From: Brevibacterium luteolum
Lineage (GTDB): Bacteria > Actinomycetota > Actinomycetes > Actinomycetales > Brevibacteriaceae
Direction: 5' to 3'
Assembly (NCBI RefSeq): GCF_013004595.1
Contig: NZ_JABEMC010000002.1
Coordinates: 310,001-374,000, forward strand
Length of the DNA: 64,000 nt
Both the position numbers and the translations under genes were made by a program. This document shows positions 45,053 to 55,066 of the stretch, one piece after another (within the stretch, counting starts at the first letter, position 1; the number at the start of each line of letters is the position of its first letter). Under the pieces are notes generated by a model. The model made no database searches and was not told the origin of the DNA. It worked only from the letters and a program-made list of their open reading frames with translations.

Positions 45053-47452
45053 GTGATCGGCATCGAACGCGGAACGGTTGTCGCCGAGCGCTATGTGGTC
45101 TCCGACATCGTCCGCCCCTGGTTCGCCGACCACCCCGACAGCGGCACCGTCTGCATCGCCCTCGACGCCATCCTCGACATGGCCGTCACCCTCTACGTCG
45201 CGCCCTCGGAGACCTCCGGCGACCTGCTCGATGCCGCCCGCCGCTCAGCGCTGCTGACCGATCCGCGGATCCCCACCGTCCTTGACGTCGGACGCGCTGA
45301 CGGACTCGACTTCGTCGTCTTCGAACGCTCCTTCGCCACTCCCCTGCCGGCCATCCTGCGCAACGGCCCGCTGGCTCCCGAGGCGGCACGCGCCTTCGTC
45401 GGCGAGCTCGCCACCGCACTGGCCCACGCCAGCTCCCGCGGCCTGTACCACCTGTGCCTCGGCCCCGAGTGCGTGGGGCTGAAGGACAACTTCGACGCCA
45501 CCGTCACCGGAGTCGCCATCGACGCCGCTGTCGCCCACACCGCCTACGGCCTCGATCTTGAGGCGATGCCGACAGCAGCGAAGAAGCGCGAGGACGCGCT
45601 GGCGCTCATGAACATCTTCTACGCCGCGCTCACCGGTCACTGGCCCAGCGATGAGCCGCGCGCCGGCCTGCCGGTGGCCCAGCGGCGCAACAACCGCTTT
45701 GTGCGCGTCTCCGAGCTCGTCGACGGGGTGCCGAGTGACCTGGAGGAGTTCGTCTCCGGCGTCGTCATGAAGATCGAGCCCGGCCCGCGCTCAGCCAGCG
45801 AGGTGGTGCGCTTCCTCGACGAATGGGACGTCCACCAGCTGCGCCAGCTCTCGACGGGCAGCCCGCGCCCGGACGGCGATGAGCTGCGCCGCACCGAGGA
45901 CGAGAAGTTCTCCGGCACCGAGGCGGCCACCGGCGCGTCCTCGGCCCGCCCGACGACCAAGGCCGACCCGGCCACCGCCTCGGGAGCGGCTGCTCTCACC
46001 CCACCACGGCCGGCCACGCCGCCTGCAGCGGCAGGTGCCCCAGCACCGGAGAAGCGGGCGACACCCGCCCAGCTGCGGGCCGCGCTCACTCGCATCGGCC
46101 TCACCCGGCCCGGCGCCTCGGGCCTGGCAGCCGGCCGGTTGGCTGACAGCGAGACCCCGTATGACGACCGGATGCAGATGCGGCAGGCGGCCGTCTTCCC
46201 GATCTCCTGCGAACAGCTCGCCTCGGCTGAAACCGATGAGTGGCAGCCCGAGGACACTTTCGCCTCCTATGAGCAGTACGCCGATGCCGAGGCCGACGCG
46301 AACGAAACCCAGCGCATCGCCGATCGTTCGCGCATGTTCACCAGCGACGAGGAGCTCAGCGTCGACGATACGCAGGTCATCAGCATCGACCAGGAAGCCG
46401 TTGAGGACCCTGAAGCCGACGAGGACGAGGACGATGGTTCCTGGTTCCTCGGCGGCATGTTCACCACCCGCGAGGAAGAGCTCGAACGCCAGCGCGCCGA
46501 GTACGAGCGCGAGCGCCGCCTGCAGCAGGAAGCTGAGGAGCGGGCACGCGCCCAGGAGCAGTCGCGCCGGAAGTCCGCTGCAGCGCCTGCCGCCGGCCTG
46601 GGCGCCGATCTCGCAGACGACACCGCACAGTCCGATGCCACCGAACGCGAGAGCGACCAGCAGCCCGCGAATCCTGCTCCCGCTGCTGCTGGCAGCGAGA
46701 GCAAGCCGAAGAGTGGCCCCGGCCGGAAGCCGAATGCCACGGGTGGTGCTGCCACTTCCGCTGCCGCAGCCGCGCCCGCTGCTGCGGCTGGTGGCTCCGG
46801 TGGCAAGGGATCCCGCCCACCGGCTGAGGATGATGCGTCTGCCGACAAGCCGTCTCGGCCCCTGGTCCCGATTCTTATCGGCGTCCTGGCACTGCTGGTC
46901 GTCGGCGCGCTCATCGTCGGGATCATCGTCGGCACGCAGGGCGATGATGAGCCCACCGCTGAGGAGCCGACGGCCGAGACCGAACCGACTGAGGAGCAGC
47001 CTCCGACCGAAGAGGAGCCGCAGGGCCCGAAGCCGGTGATCGCCGATGTGTCCGCCCTTGATCCTGAAGGCGACGAGACCGAGAACGACGATGCGGCATC
47101 GAATGTCCTCGATGACGATGATTCGGCGTGGCGGACCGACCGCTACAATTCCTCGAAGTTCGGCAACCTCAAATCGGGTGTCGGCCTGGCACTCGAGCTC
47201 GAAGAGTCAGCCACCGTCTCCCAGGTTGAGCTGACCTCCGATCACGAGGGAAGCGACTTCGAGGTCCGGATCGGCGACTCCGATGACCCGGAGGACGCCA
47301 CGGTTGTCGGCAAGGGAACGACGGAGGACGGAAAGACCACCGTCGACCTCGATGACGGCGCCGAGGGATCTGTCGTCATCATCTGGTTCACCGAGCTCGG
47401 CTCTGCCGACGGTGGATACCGCGCGTACGTCAGCCACGTCGGACTGTCCTGA
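45053..47452 (+). CDS. Kinase-like (pseudokinase) membrane protein with extracellular C-terminal domain
   Basis: N-terminal kinase-like region without HRD/DFG; long linker; one TM; C-terminal W.T..Y....FGNLKSGVGL. Confidence 0.75.
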   Translation: MIGIERGTVVAERYVVSDIVRPWFADHPDSGTVCIALDAILDMAVTLYVAPSETSGDLLDAARRSALLTDPRIPTVLDVGRADGLDFVVFERSFATPLPAILRNGPLAPEAARAFVGELATALAHASSRGLYHLCLGPECVGLKDNFDATVTGVAIDAAVAHTAYGLDLEAMPTAAKKREDALALMNIFYAALTGHWPSDEPRAGLPVAQRRNNRFVRVSELVDGVPSDLEEFVSGVVMKIEPGPRSASEVVRFLDEWDVHQLRQLSTGSPRPDGDELRRTEDEKFSGTEAATGASSARPTTKADPATASGAAALTPPRPATPPAAAGAPAPEKRATPAQLRAALTRIGLTRPGASGLAAGRLADSETPYDDRMQMRQAAVFPISCEQLASAETDEWQPEDTFASYEQYADAEADANETQRIADRSRMFTSDEELSVDDTQVISIDQEAVEDPEADEDEDDGSWFLGGMFTTREEELERQRAEYERERRLQQEAEERARAQEQSRRKSAAAPAAGLGADLADDTAQSDATERESDQQPANPAPAAAGSESKPKSGPGRKPNATGGAATSAAAAAPAAAAGGSGGKGSRPPAEDDASADKPSRPLVPILIGVLALLVVGALIVGIIVGTQGDDEPTAEEPTAETEPTEEQPPTEEEPQGPKPVIADVSALDPEGDETENDDAASNVLDDDDSAWRTDRYNSSKFGNLKSGVGLALELEESATVSQVELTSDHEGSDFEVRIGDSDDPEDATVVGKGTTEDGKTTVDLDDGAEGSVVIIWFTELGSADGGYRAYVSHVGLS

Positions 47453-47516
47453 GTCTGCAGCTCCTCTGTATCGGATATCCGCGTGAACTGCCCAGTGTCC
47501 TCCGGGGACATAGGGT

Positions 47517-47543
47517 GGAATAAACCTGCCGAACCCCAGTGTT
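47517..47543 (+). promoter_or_regulatory. SigH/SigR-type promoter of trxB-trxA
   Basis: GGAAT-N19-GTT, about 35 nt upstream of the ATG at 47578. Confidence 0.72.
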
Positions 47544-47577
47544 CGGGTTAACGGAAACATCCCCAAGAGGAGGCTTT

Positions 47578-48504
47578 ATGACAGCTCAGCGACTCGTCAT
47601 CGTCGGATCGGGTCCAGCCGGCTACACCGCTGCCGTGTATGCAGCTCGTGCCAGCCTGGAACCGATCGTCATCGCCGGTTCCGTCACCGCTGGCGGCGAG
47701 CTGATGAATACGACAGATGTTGAGAACTTCCCCGGATTTCCTGCCGGGATCCAGGGCCCTGAGCTCATGGAGAACATGCGCCAGCAGGCAGAGCGCTTCG
47801 GCGCGACCGTCATCTACGACGACGTACAGGAACTCGTCCTGCAGCCGGGAGCTCACAAGATCACCACGGCTCTCGGCGAGAGCTACACCGCCGAGGCGGT
47901 CATCCTCGCCACCGGCTCGGCCTACCGAAAGCTGGGCCTGCCCAACGAGGACAAGCTCTCCGGCCACGGTGTCAGCTGGTGCGCCACCTGTGACGGCTTC
48001 TTCTTTAAGGACAAGCACATCGCCGTCGTCGGCGGCGGAGATTCAGCTATGGAGGAGGCGACCTTCCTGACGAAGTTCGCATCCAAGGTCTCCGTCATCC
48101 ACCGCCGTCAGGAGCTGCGCGCTTCGCAGGCGATGCAGGACCGTGCGAAAGCCGATCCGAAGATCGAGTTCATCCTCGATTCGGAGATCTCCGAGATCCA
48201 TGGAGATGACGCACTGACCGGAGTGACTGTCCGCAACGTCGTCACCGGTGAAGAGTCGCCGCTTGATGTCACCGGCCTGTTCATCGCCATCGGATCGGAT
48301 CCGCGCACCGAGCTCTTCGCCGATCAGCTCGAACTGCGCCCCGACGGCTACCTCAAGGTCGACGGACGCGCTTCGCTGACGAACGTCGAAGGAGTCTTCG
48401 CAGCCGGCGACCTCATTGACCCGGTCTATCGCCAGGCGATCACCGCAGCCGGATCCGGATGTTCGGCTGCCATCGACGCCGAACACTACCTGTCCAACCG
48501 CTGA
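47578..48504 (+). CDS. trxB: Thioredoxin reductase
   Basis: GSGPAG, CATC, GGGDSA, YRQAITAAGSG; GAGGAGG RBS. Confidence 0.97.
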   Translation: MTAQRLVIVGSGPAGYTAAVYAARASLEPIVIAGSVTAGGELMNTTDVENFPGFPAGIQGPELMENMRQQAERFGATVIYDDVQELVLQPGAHKITTALGESYTAEAVILATGSAYRKLGLPNEDKLSGHGVSWCATCDGFFFKDKHIAVVGGGDSAMEEATFLTKFASKVSVIHRRQELRASQAMQDRAKADPKIEFILDSEISEIHGDDALTGVTVRNVVTGEESPLDVTGLFIAIGSDPRTELFADQLELRPDGYLKVDGRASLTNVEGVFAAGDLIDPVYRQAITAAGSGCSAAIDAEHYLSNR

Positions 48505-48586
48505 CGTTGTCACTCGACGACCCAGCCTGTCCAACCAAGTCGTTCAACCCCGGCCGGCCGGCCGGCCAATCACGTAAGGAGCAGCA

Positions 48587-48907
48587 ATGACTGCAGATGT
48601 CACTGACGCAAACTTTGAGGCCGAGGTCCTCCAGGCAGACAAGCCCGTCCTCGTCGACTTCTGGGCGCCGTGGTGCGGACCGTGCCGCATGGTCTCCCCC
48701 ATCGTCGACGAGATCGGTGAGGAGAACGCCGACAAGCTCAAGGTCGTCAAGGTCAACACCGACGAAAATATGCAGACCGCCTCGACCTACGGCATCACCT
48801 CGATCCCGGCACTGTACGTCTTTAAGGACGGCCAGGTGGCCAAAACGATCATCGGTGCCCAGCCGAAGCCCATGCTGATGCAGCAGCTCGAGGAGTTCCT
48901 CGGCTGA
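48587..48907 (+). CDS. trxA: Thioredoxin
   Basis: WCGPC active site. Confidence 0.97.
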   Translation: MTADVTDANFEAEVLQADKPVLVDFWAPWCGPCRMVSPIVDEIGEENADKLKVVKVNTDENMQTASTYGITSIPALYVFKDGQVAKTIIGAQPKPMLMQQLEEFLG

Positions 48908-48925
48908 CCCTCCTATCAGCTAACA

Positions 48926-48961
48926 CACTGGCGCCTGTTGTAGTATCAACAGGCGCCAGTG
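48926..48961. terminator. Hairpin after trxA
   Basis: Perfect 15-bp stem CACTGGCGCCTGTTG/CAACAGGCGCCAGTG. Confidence 0.85.
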
Positions 48962-49020
48962 GCTGTTAGGCCTACCAGCAACAACCCAGTCAATCCCGAC
49001 TCCTAGCCCAGCGAGACGAT

Positions 49021-50154
49021 ATGACCTCACCATCTGCCTACCCCACCCTCACACGGGGCGACTCCAGCACAGTCTTGCTGGCCACTAAGGCACAGCTGGA
49101 TCGCCTGGGAATCAAGGTCGGCGATGTGGCGTCGCCCGAATTCGATCGCACGTTCGAATTAGCGATTCTCGCTTTCCAGCAGAGTCGCGGCATCACGACG
49201 GACGGGATCTTAGGCCCGGAGACATTCGAGCAGATTGAACTCGCACGCTACCGCTTCGGCGATCGCGTGCTGCGCTTCGACCCTGTCCGGCCACTCGTCG
49301 GAGACGACGTCGGTACCCTTCAAAAGCGCTTGTCGAAGCTCGGGGTCTACACCGATCGCATCGACAGTGTCTTTGCGGAGGGCACTGATGCCGCCGTCCG
49401 GGAGATCCAGAGCGGACTGGGTCTGCGCACCGACGGCGTTGTCGGTCCGAACACCATCTCTGGCCTTGACTCGATCAACCGGAATCACAGTACCGGGAAC
49501 CTCTACGCGCTGAGAGAGCACGCTCGCGTCACATCCTCGGGTCCTTCGCTTGCAGGACGTGTCATCGTCATCGAAGCTGCAACGTCCGCACGAGATTTCA
49601 AGGCCACGCCCTATACCTCCGAGCAGCGACGACTCGAAGAAGAGTACTCGATCGACATCGCCCGCCGCCTCGACGGCCGTCTGAGCGCCCTTGGCGCTGC
49701 GACAGTACTCGTCAGCTCCCCCGTGGCACACCAGACACTCGCCGACGAGCTCGGAGCCTCCGCAGTCGTGACGATCACGCAGGACTCCTCGCTGTCAGAA
49801 TCAGCGAACGGAGTCGCAACCTTCTATTTCGGTCGTGCAGACGACGACGAGGTCTACTCCCCCGTCGGCAAACGGCTAGCCGAACTCGTGCAGAAGGAAG
49901 TCAAAGCCCGAACGGACTTCCTCGACTGCCGAACTCACGCCCGGACCTGGCAGAGCCTGGCCGCAGTACGCAGCCCGAAGGTCCACGTTGTCGCCGGCTA
50001 CGTCAGCCATGAACGCGATCGCGAAATGCTCGCTGACGACCTCACCCGGGATCGGATTGCAGATGGCATCGCCGCGGCGCTCCAGCGCCTTTACCTCGCT
50101 CGGGATTCCGATCCCGAGACGGGGGCATTGAACATCCAGTCGATCACGAACTGA
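49021..50154 (+). CDS. CwlM-like protein (two PG-binding domains plus degenerate Amidase_3)
   Basis: FQQSRG..DGILGPET, GL..DGVVGP.T, ANGVATFYFG; position after trxA. Confidence 0.82.
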   Translation: MTSPSAYPTLTRGDSSTVLLATKAQLDRLGIKVGDVASPEFDRTFELAILAFQQSRGITTDGILGPETFEQIELARYRFGDRVLRFDPVRPLVGDDVGTLQKRLSKLGVYTDRIDSVFAEGTDAAVREIQSGLGLRTDGVVGPNTISGLDSINRNHSTGNLYALREHARVTSSGPSLAGRVIVIEAATSARDFKATPYTSEQRRLEEEYSIDIARRLDGRLSALGAATVLVSSPVAHQTLADELGASAVVTITQDSSLSESANGVATFYFGRADDDEVYSPVGKRLAELVQKEVKARTDFLDCRTHARTWQSLAAVRSPKVHVVAGYVSHERDREMLADDLTRDRIADGIAAALQRLYLARDSDPETGALNIQSITN

Positions 50155-50158
50155 TCTC

Positions 50159-50172
50159 GTTTCACGTGAAAC
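50159..50172. promoter_or_regulatory. parS site 1
   Basis: GTTTCACGTGAAAC. Confidence 0.95.
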
Positions 50173-50349
50173 ACCCATCAGAGCTGCCATCATTGTTGCT
50201 TCGATGAACTGATGTACCGACCGCGCAGTTAGTGCAAGCCCATCCCTGGTGGATGTAGCTCGTGATGACCCTAGCCTCGCTGCCATCGTCGACCGGAATA
50301 CAAACGGCTCGCTCTCGTCAGCGTTCTATGCGGCCGACAGCCGAAAGAT

Positions 50350-50363
50350 GTTTCACGTGAAAC
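50350..50363. promoter_or_regulatory. parS site 2
   Basis: GTTTCACGTGAAAC. Confidence 0.95.
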
Positions 50364-50364
50364 G

Positions 50365-50394
50365 GAAGGGCCCCGGCATGTGCCGGGGCCCTTC
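50365..50394. terminator. Hairpin between cwlM-like gene and parB
   Basis: GAAGGGCCCCGGCA/TGCCGGGGCCCTTC. Confidence 0.85.
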
Positions 50395-50414
50395 GTGTAT
50401 CTAGCTGTATTGTG

Positions 50415-51605
50415 TTAGGCCTCGTCTTCGATGCCAAGAGCAGTGAGGATTCGCTTCAAATCGTCTTGATTCGCAAACTCCACGCTGATTCTGCCTTTGC
50501 GCTTGCCCATGACGATGTTCACACGAGTATCGAGCTTATCCCCCACACGGTCTGCGATCTGCGCCAGTTCCGGCGAAAGCTGCTTCGTTTCACGTGAAAC
50601 GCGTGGCTTCTCGCCACGGTTCAGCAACACGACAGCTTCTTCAGTTGCCCGTACCGAGAGGCCTTCAGCCACAATGCGCTGAGCCAGAACTTCCATATTC
50701 GCCGGATCCTCGACTCCGAGGATCGCACGTGCGTGTCCCTGCGAGATGACTCCGGCGGCGACCCTCCTCTGGACCAGCGGCGGCAGCCGCAACAGGCGCA
50801 GCGTATTCGAGATCTGCGGACGCGACCGACCGATCCGTTCAGACAGCTCCTCCTGAGTACACTGGAAGTCGCTCAGCAGCTGCTCATAGGCCGCGGCTTC
50901 TTCGAGTGGGTTGAGGTCAGAACGGTGCAGGTTCTCGAGAAGTGCGTCACGAAGCAGCTCGGTGTCTTCGACTGCTCTGATGATCGCCGGAATTGTTGTG
51001 GTTCCAGCAAGCTCTGACGCCCGGAAACGCCGTTCACCCATGATGAGCTCGTAGGAAGGCTTCTTTTCATCGACAAGGCGCACCACGACAGGCTGAAGCA
51101 CACCGACTTCACGGATCGATTGCACCAGCTCATCAAGGGCGTCTTCATCAAATACCTGGCGCGGCTGCCGTGGGTTAGGGCTGATCTGCTCCAGGGGGAT
51201 CAGACCGAAAGCTGTGCCGGGGACTTCCTGCAGGACTGTTTCACGTGAAACATCCGACGTGCCGAGGGTGACCGAATCCGTTCCGGACTCACTTGGAATG
51301 ACCGTTGACTTCTTCGTCGGTGCCCCTTTCGAATCGGCCCGCTGGGTCTTCTTCGCAGCTGTGGGCGCAGAGTTCTTTACCGCGGGGGAGGAGCCCTTCT
51401 TCGCCGGCTTCGCAGAGGTCCGCTTCGCAGCCCGCGCCTTCCGCATGCCTTCAGCCGGATCCTTCGAACGCGGTGTTTCACGTGAAACATCGGTTTCTTG
51501 TTCGCCTTGCTGCCCGAAGAAAACGTCTACCGGACGCTCATCAGTCACAACATCCGGGATGAGGGCTCCCAGACCCCGACCCAATCCTCGTTTACGCTCA
51601 GCCAT
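50415..51605 (-). CDS. parB: Chromosome partitioning protein ParB
   Basis: GLGRGLGALI, PNPRQPR, GERRFRA, ENLHRSDLNPLEEA. Confidence 0.97.
   Translation of the reverse strand: MAERKRGLGRGLGALIPDVVTDERPVDVFFGQQGEQETDVSRETPRSKDPAEGMRKARAAKRTSAKPAKKGSSPAVKNSAPTAAKKTQRADSKGAPTKKSTVIPSESGTDSVTLGTSDVSRETVLQEVPGTAFGLIPLEQISPNPRQPRQVFDEDALDELVQSIREVGVLQPVVVRLVDEKKPSYELIMGERRFRASELAGTTTIPAIIRAVEDTELLRDALLENLHRSDLNPLEEAAAYEQLLSDFQCTQEELSERIGRSRPQISNTLRLLRLPPLVQRRVAAGVISQGHARAILGVEDPANMEVLAQRIVAEGLSVRATEEAVVLLNRGEKPRVSRETKQLSPELAQIADRVGDKLDTRVNIVMGKRKGRISVEFANQDDLKRILTALGIEDEA
50587..50600. promoter_or_regulatory. parS site 3 (in parB)
   Basis: GTTTCACGTGAAAC, encodes VSRET. Confidence 0.95.
51238..51251. 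promoter_or_regulatory. parS site 4 (in parB)
   Basis: GTTTCACGTGAAAC, encodes VSRET. Confidence 0.95.
51475..51488. promoter_or_regulatory. parS site 5 (in parB)
   Basis: GTTTCACGTGAAAC, encodes VSRET. Confidence 0.95.
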
Positions 51606-52497
51606 GATCTGTTACTCCTCGATGTGCAATTTCTTCGGCTGCTTCCCGATAGGACAGAGCGCCGGACGATGAAGGTTCATAGGTAATGACAGTTTGTCCG
51701 TAACTCGGAGCCTCGGAGATTCGGACAGATCGGGGGATAGTCACCTCAAGTACTTGGTTCGGGAAGTGCGCCCGTACATCATCAGCAACCTGACGGCTGA
51801 GATTGGTGCGCCCATCAAACATGGTGAGCAGAATCGTCGAGATCTCCAGAGCTGGATTCAGATGCTTCTGGATCAGCTGAATATTCTTCAACAGCTGGCT
51901 CAAGCCCTCAAGAGCATAGTATTCGCACTGAATTGGAATGAGCACCTCATTTGCCGCAACAAACGCGTTGACCGTCAGCAAGCCCAACGATGGGGGACAG
52001 TCAATGATGACGTAGTCGACCCGATCTCCCGCATCTTCGCGCTCCTTAAGATACGCCCGAAGCGCTCGGGCGAGACGCTGCTCGCGCGCAACAAGAGAGA
52101 CGAGTTCAATCTCGGCCCCGGCCAGATCGATGGTCGCCGGCACGCACGTGAGAGTTTCGATGTCGGAACATTGCGCCACGGCTTCCGAGACGGGCAGATC
52201 CTCGATCAGGACGTCGTAGATACTGTTGACCTCTGTCGAATGCTCAATGCCGAGAGCTGTACTCGCATTGCCCTGGGGATCAATGTCGATGACGAGAACC
52301 TTCAGGCCCTGGGCAGCGAGTGCTGCAGCGATATTCACCGCCGTGGTGGTCTTGCCCACCCCGCCCTTCTGGTTGGCGACGGTGAAGATCCGTGTCGAAT
52401 CGGGGGGTGGAAATGTCGTCGCCGCGAGGCGCTCTGCGCGACGGTGGTCCCGCGCGATCTGAGCACCCAACGGAGTCGACTCATCCATGATGGGCAT
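51598..52497 (-). CDS. parA: Chromosome partitioning ATPase ParA
   Basis: NQKGGVGKTTT, DPQGNAS, IDCPPSLG, SEAPSYG. Confidence 0.97.
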   Translation of the reverse strand: MPIMDESTPLGAQIARDHRRAERLAATTFPPPDSTRIFTVANQKGGVGKTTTAVNIAAALAAQGLKVLVIDIDPQGNASTALGIEHSTEVNSIYDVLIEDLPVSEAVAQCSDIETLTCVPATIDLAGAEIELVSLVAREQRLARALRAYLKEREDAGDRVDYVIIDCPPSLGLLTVNAFVAANEVLIPIQCEYYALEGLSQLLKNIQLIQKHLNPALEISTILLTMFDGRTNLSRQVADDVRAHFPNQVLEVTIPRSVRISEAPSYGQTVITYEPSSSGALSYREAAEEIAHRGVTDHG

Positions 52498-52659
52498 ACA
52501 GAACTCCGTTCATCAACAAGAGCCGACTGGCTCGCAAACCGTCTCTAAGTCTACCCAAGTACAAGGACATCAGCAGACAAGAATGACGCGACTTCAGGCG
52601 TCAAAACGAACGACTCTAGGCGAAGCGCCGATCGTCCACCGGAGCAACTGGAATTCGAT

Positions 52660-52673
52660 GTTTCACGTGAAAC
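52660..52673. promoter_or_regulatory. parS site 6
   Basis: GTTTCACGTGAAAC, upstream of parA. Confidence 0.95.
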
Positions 52674-52743
52674 ACGACTGCCCTTCGGCTCCACCCGCGG
52701 ACCGAAGAGCACCACCTATTCGAACGCTATTAGAACGAGCGGT

Positions 52744-53412
52744 TCATCGGCGCCGCAGTTCAAGTACCGTAGTAGGGACCTCGAGGAACTCTGTCCCGAG
52801 GGTGTGAACCTTCGGCTGGGACAATCGATAGCGCTTGATGTGCTTAGCGGCCTTCTTGATCTCGGCTTCGTAGGACTGGCCCTTGATCGCGAGCAGACGA
52901 CCATCCGGGCCGAGGACTGGGGTGCACCATTCGATGAGCACCGGCAGTGATTTCACGGCACGTGCCGTAGCGACGGTGAAGATCTCCTCGTCAACGAGCT
53001 CTTCGACTCGGGAACGGACGATCCTGACGTTGTCGAGGTCCAAGTCGTCGACGACCATCTGCAGCCATTCGACGCGCCGCTCCATCGCCTCCACGAGCAC
53101 GAAACGAGTGTTGGGTCGCGCGATAGCCAGGGCAATGCCGGGCAGGCCGGCGCCGGAGCCGATATCGCCGACCACGTCGCTGTCGTCGAGGAGTTCGGCC
53201 ATGACGGCGCAGTTGAGGATATGGCGGCTCCACAGACGAGGGAGCTCGCGGGGACCGAGAAGACCCCACTCGACTCCGGTGGTTGCCAGGTGGCCGGCGA
53301 AGCGGCGTGCGAGCTCAATGCGATCACCGAAGATCTCGGCAGCTGCCTGGGGTTCGGACTCGATGTTCTCGAGTTCCGGCGCTTCGCCGGCGGGGGAGTG
53401 GGTGCTGTCCAT
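52744..53412 (-). CDS. rsmG: 16S rRNA m7G527 methyltransferase
   Basis: RHILNC, DIGSGAGLPG, TARAV. Confidence 0.95.
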   Translation of the reverse strand: MDSTHSPAGEAPELENIESEPQAAAEIFGDRIELARRFAGHLATTGVEWGLLGPRELPRLWSRHILNCAVMAELLDDSDVVGDIGSGAGLPGIALAIARPNTRFVLVEAMERRVEWLQMVVDDLDLDNVRIVRSRVEELVDEEIFTVATARAVKSLPVLIEWCTPVLGPDGRLLAIKGQSYEAEIKKAAKHIKRYRLSQPKVHTLGTEFLEVPTTVLELRRR

Positions 53413-53424
53413 CAGCGTGCCAAC

Positions 53425-54018
53425 TCAGGCTGTCTGGATGACCACACGACGACGATCGCCTTCGCCGGCGGATTCGGAGTACAGTCCGGCCTTGGCGACT
53501 TCGTCGTGCACGACCTTGCGTTCGAAGGAGTTCATCGGCTGGCACTCGAACGAGTCACCGGACTGCTTGACCTTCTCGATGCCCTTGCGAGCGATCTCGC
53601 GGACGTCTTCCTTCCGCTGGTCGCGGTAGCCGTCGATATCGAGCATCAGCCAGGAACGCTGTCCCGTCGCCGTCTGCACTGCTAAGCGGGTGAGCTCCTG
53701 CAGCGCCGAGAGCGTACGACCCTGCTTGCCGACCAGAGTCGACAGGTTGCTGTCGCCCTCGTCGCAGACGATGGCGACCTCTGCACGGCTGTCGGCGACA
53801 TCGATGTCGATGTCCCCGTCGATATCGGCGATATCGAGCAGCTCTTCAAGGTAGTCGGCCGCGATCTCGCCCTCTTCTTCGAGCAGCTCCGCGCGGGTCG
53901 GCTTGGTCTCTTCGACCTGCCCGTCGGCGTTGTCGCCACCGTTGGCGGTGTCAACGGACTGGTCTGTGTCCGTCGTGCTGAGTTCGTCGGCGGTGTTGAC
54001 CATCGAGTCTTCGGACAT
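53425..54018 (-). CDS. jag: Jag/KhpB KH-R3H RNA-binding protein
   Basis: EEEGEIAADYLEELLDI, ERKVVHD (R3H). Confidence 0.92.
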   Translation of the reverse strand: MSEDSMVNTADELSTTDTDQSVDTANGGDNADGQVEETKPTRAELLEEEGEIAADYLEELLDIADIDGDIDIDVADSRAEVAIVCDEGDSNLSTLVGKQGRTLSALQELTRLAVQTATGQRSWLMLDIDGYRDQRKEDVREIARKGIEKVKQSGDSFECQPMNSFERKVVHDEVAKAGLYSESAGEGDRRRVVIQTA

Positions 54019-54027
54019 GCGTCGGCT

Positions 54028-54984
54028 CTACCTCTTCCTCTTCTTCTTCTGGCGTGCCTTGCCGACCGGCTGCTTGCGCTGGCCTGAGGCAGGCTGGGGG
54101 TTCTGGGGTTCCTCGCTGATCGGCTTTGAGCCCGGCAGCGGAGACTTGCCCTTGCGGGCGCGGCGCTCCATGAGCTCCTTTTCGGCGCGCGAGCCGGGAG
54201 CAGGCATGTTGCGGATGACGATGAACTGCTGAACCATCGTCCAGGAGTTCGACACGAGCCAGTAGATGAGCACACCGAGCGGGAAGTACACACCGCCGAC
54301 GGCGAAGACCACGGGCATGATGTAGAGCAGCATCTTCTGCTGCTGCATGAACGGGTTGTTCATGGCAGCTTCCGACATGTTCTTGCTCATCATCTGCTTC
54401 TGGGTGATGAATTGGGTCGCGCCCATGATGATGATGAGGATCGCAGTGAGGATCTTGACTGAGATGTCACCGGTGAGGAAGGTCTCGGACAGCTGCACAC
54501 CGAAGATGGTGGCGCGCTCGGCCTCCTGGGCCAGTGACTGCGTCAGACCGCCGATGGGGTCGGTCTCACCGCGGGCAACCATCGGCATGTTGAAGATGAC
54601 GCGGTACAGCGAGAAGAAGATCGGCAGCTGTGCCAGCAGCGGCAGGCACGAAGCCCACGGATTGGTGCCGTGCTTCTTGAACAGGGCCATCTGCTCTTCG
54701 GCCATGGCCTGGCGGGAGAACTGATCCTTCTTGCCCTTGTACTTCGCCTGCAGGCGCTGCACATCCGGCTGCAGCAGCTGCATCTTGCGCTGCGACTTGA
54801 TCTGGTAGACGAAGAGAGGAATGAGGACCGCCCGCACGACCATCGTCATGCATGCAATCGACAGCACCCAGGTCCACCCGCTGTCCGAGGGCATGCCGAG
54901 CATCTCGAAGATCTGGTGGAAGATTGTCAGAATCCAGGCTATGACCCACTTCAGTGGCCATAGAACACTGTCAATCCAGTTCAT
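54028..54984 (-). CDS. yidC: Membrane protein insertase
   Basis: SCLPLLAQLPIF, PLGVLIYWLVSN. Confidence 0.95.
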   Translation of the reverse strand: MNWIDSVLWPLKWVIAWILTIFHQIFEMLGMPSDSGWTWVLSIACMTMVVRAVLIPLFVYQIKSQRKMQLLQPDVQRLQAKYKGKKDQFSRQAMAEEQMALFKKHGTNPWASCLPLLAQLPIFFSLYRVIFNMPMVARGETDPIGGLTQSLAQEAERATIFGVQLSETFLTGDISVKILTAILIIIMGATQFITQKQMMSKNMSEAAMNNPFMQQQKMLLYIMPVVFAVGGVYFPLGVLIYWLVSNSWTMVQQFIVIRNMPAPGSRAEKELMERRARKGKSPLPGSKPISEEPQNPQPASGQRKQPVGKARQKKKRKR

Positions 54985-55066
54985 TCATTCTCTCCTCGAC
55001 CGCGGCCGATGCACGGTCTGCTGGTTCTATATCTCGTATATTGTGCCACTATTGTGGCGCCGACCA

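Noticed and set aside
47495..47511. TGTCCTCCGGGGACA as a sixth copy of the 16-bp palindrome
   Set aside because: Different centre and several mismatches.
49876..50286. Minus-strand ORF containing VSRET
   Set aside because: Overlaps the cwlM-like gene antisense; the peptide simply reflects parS.
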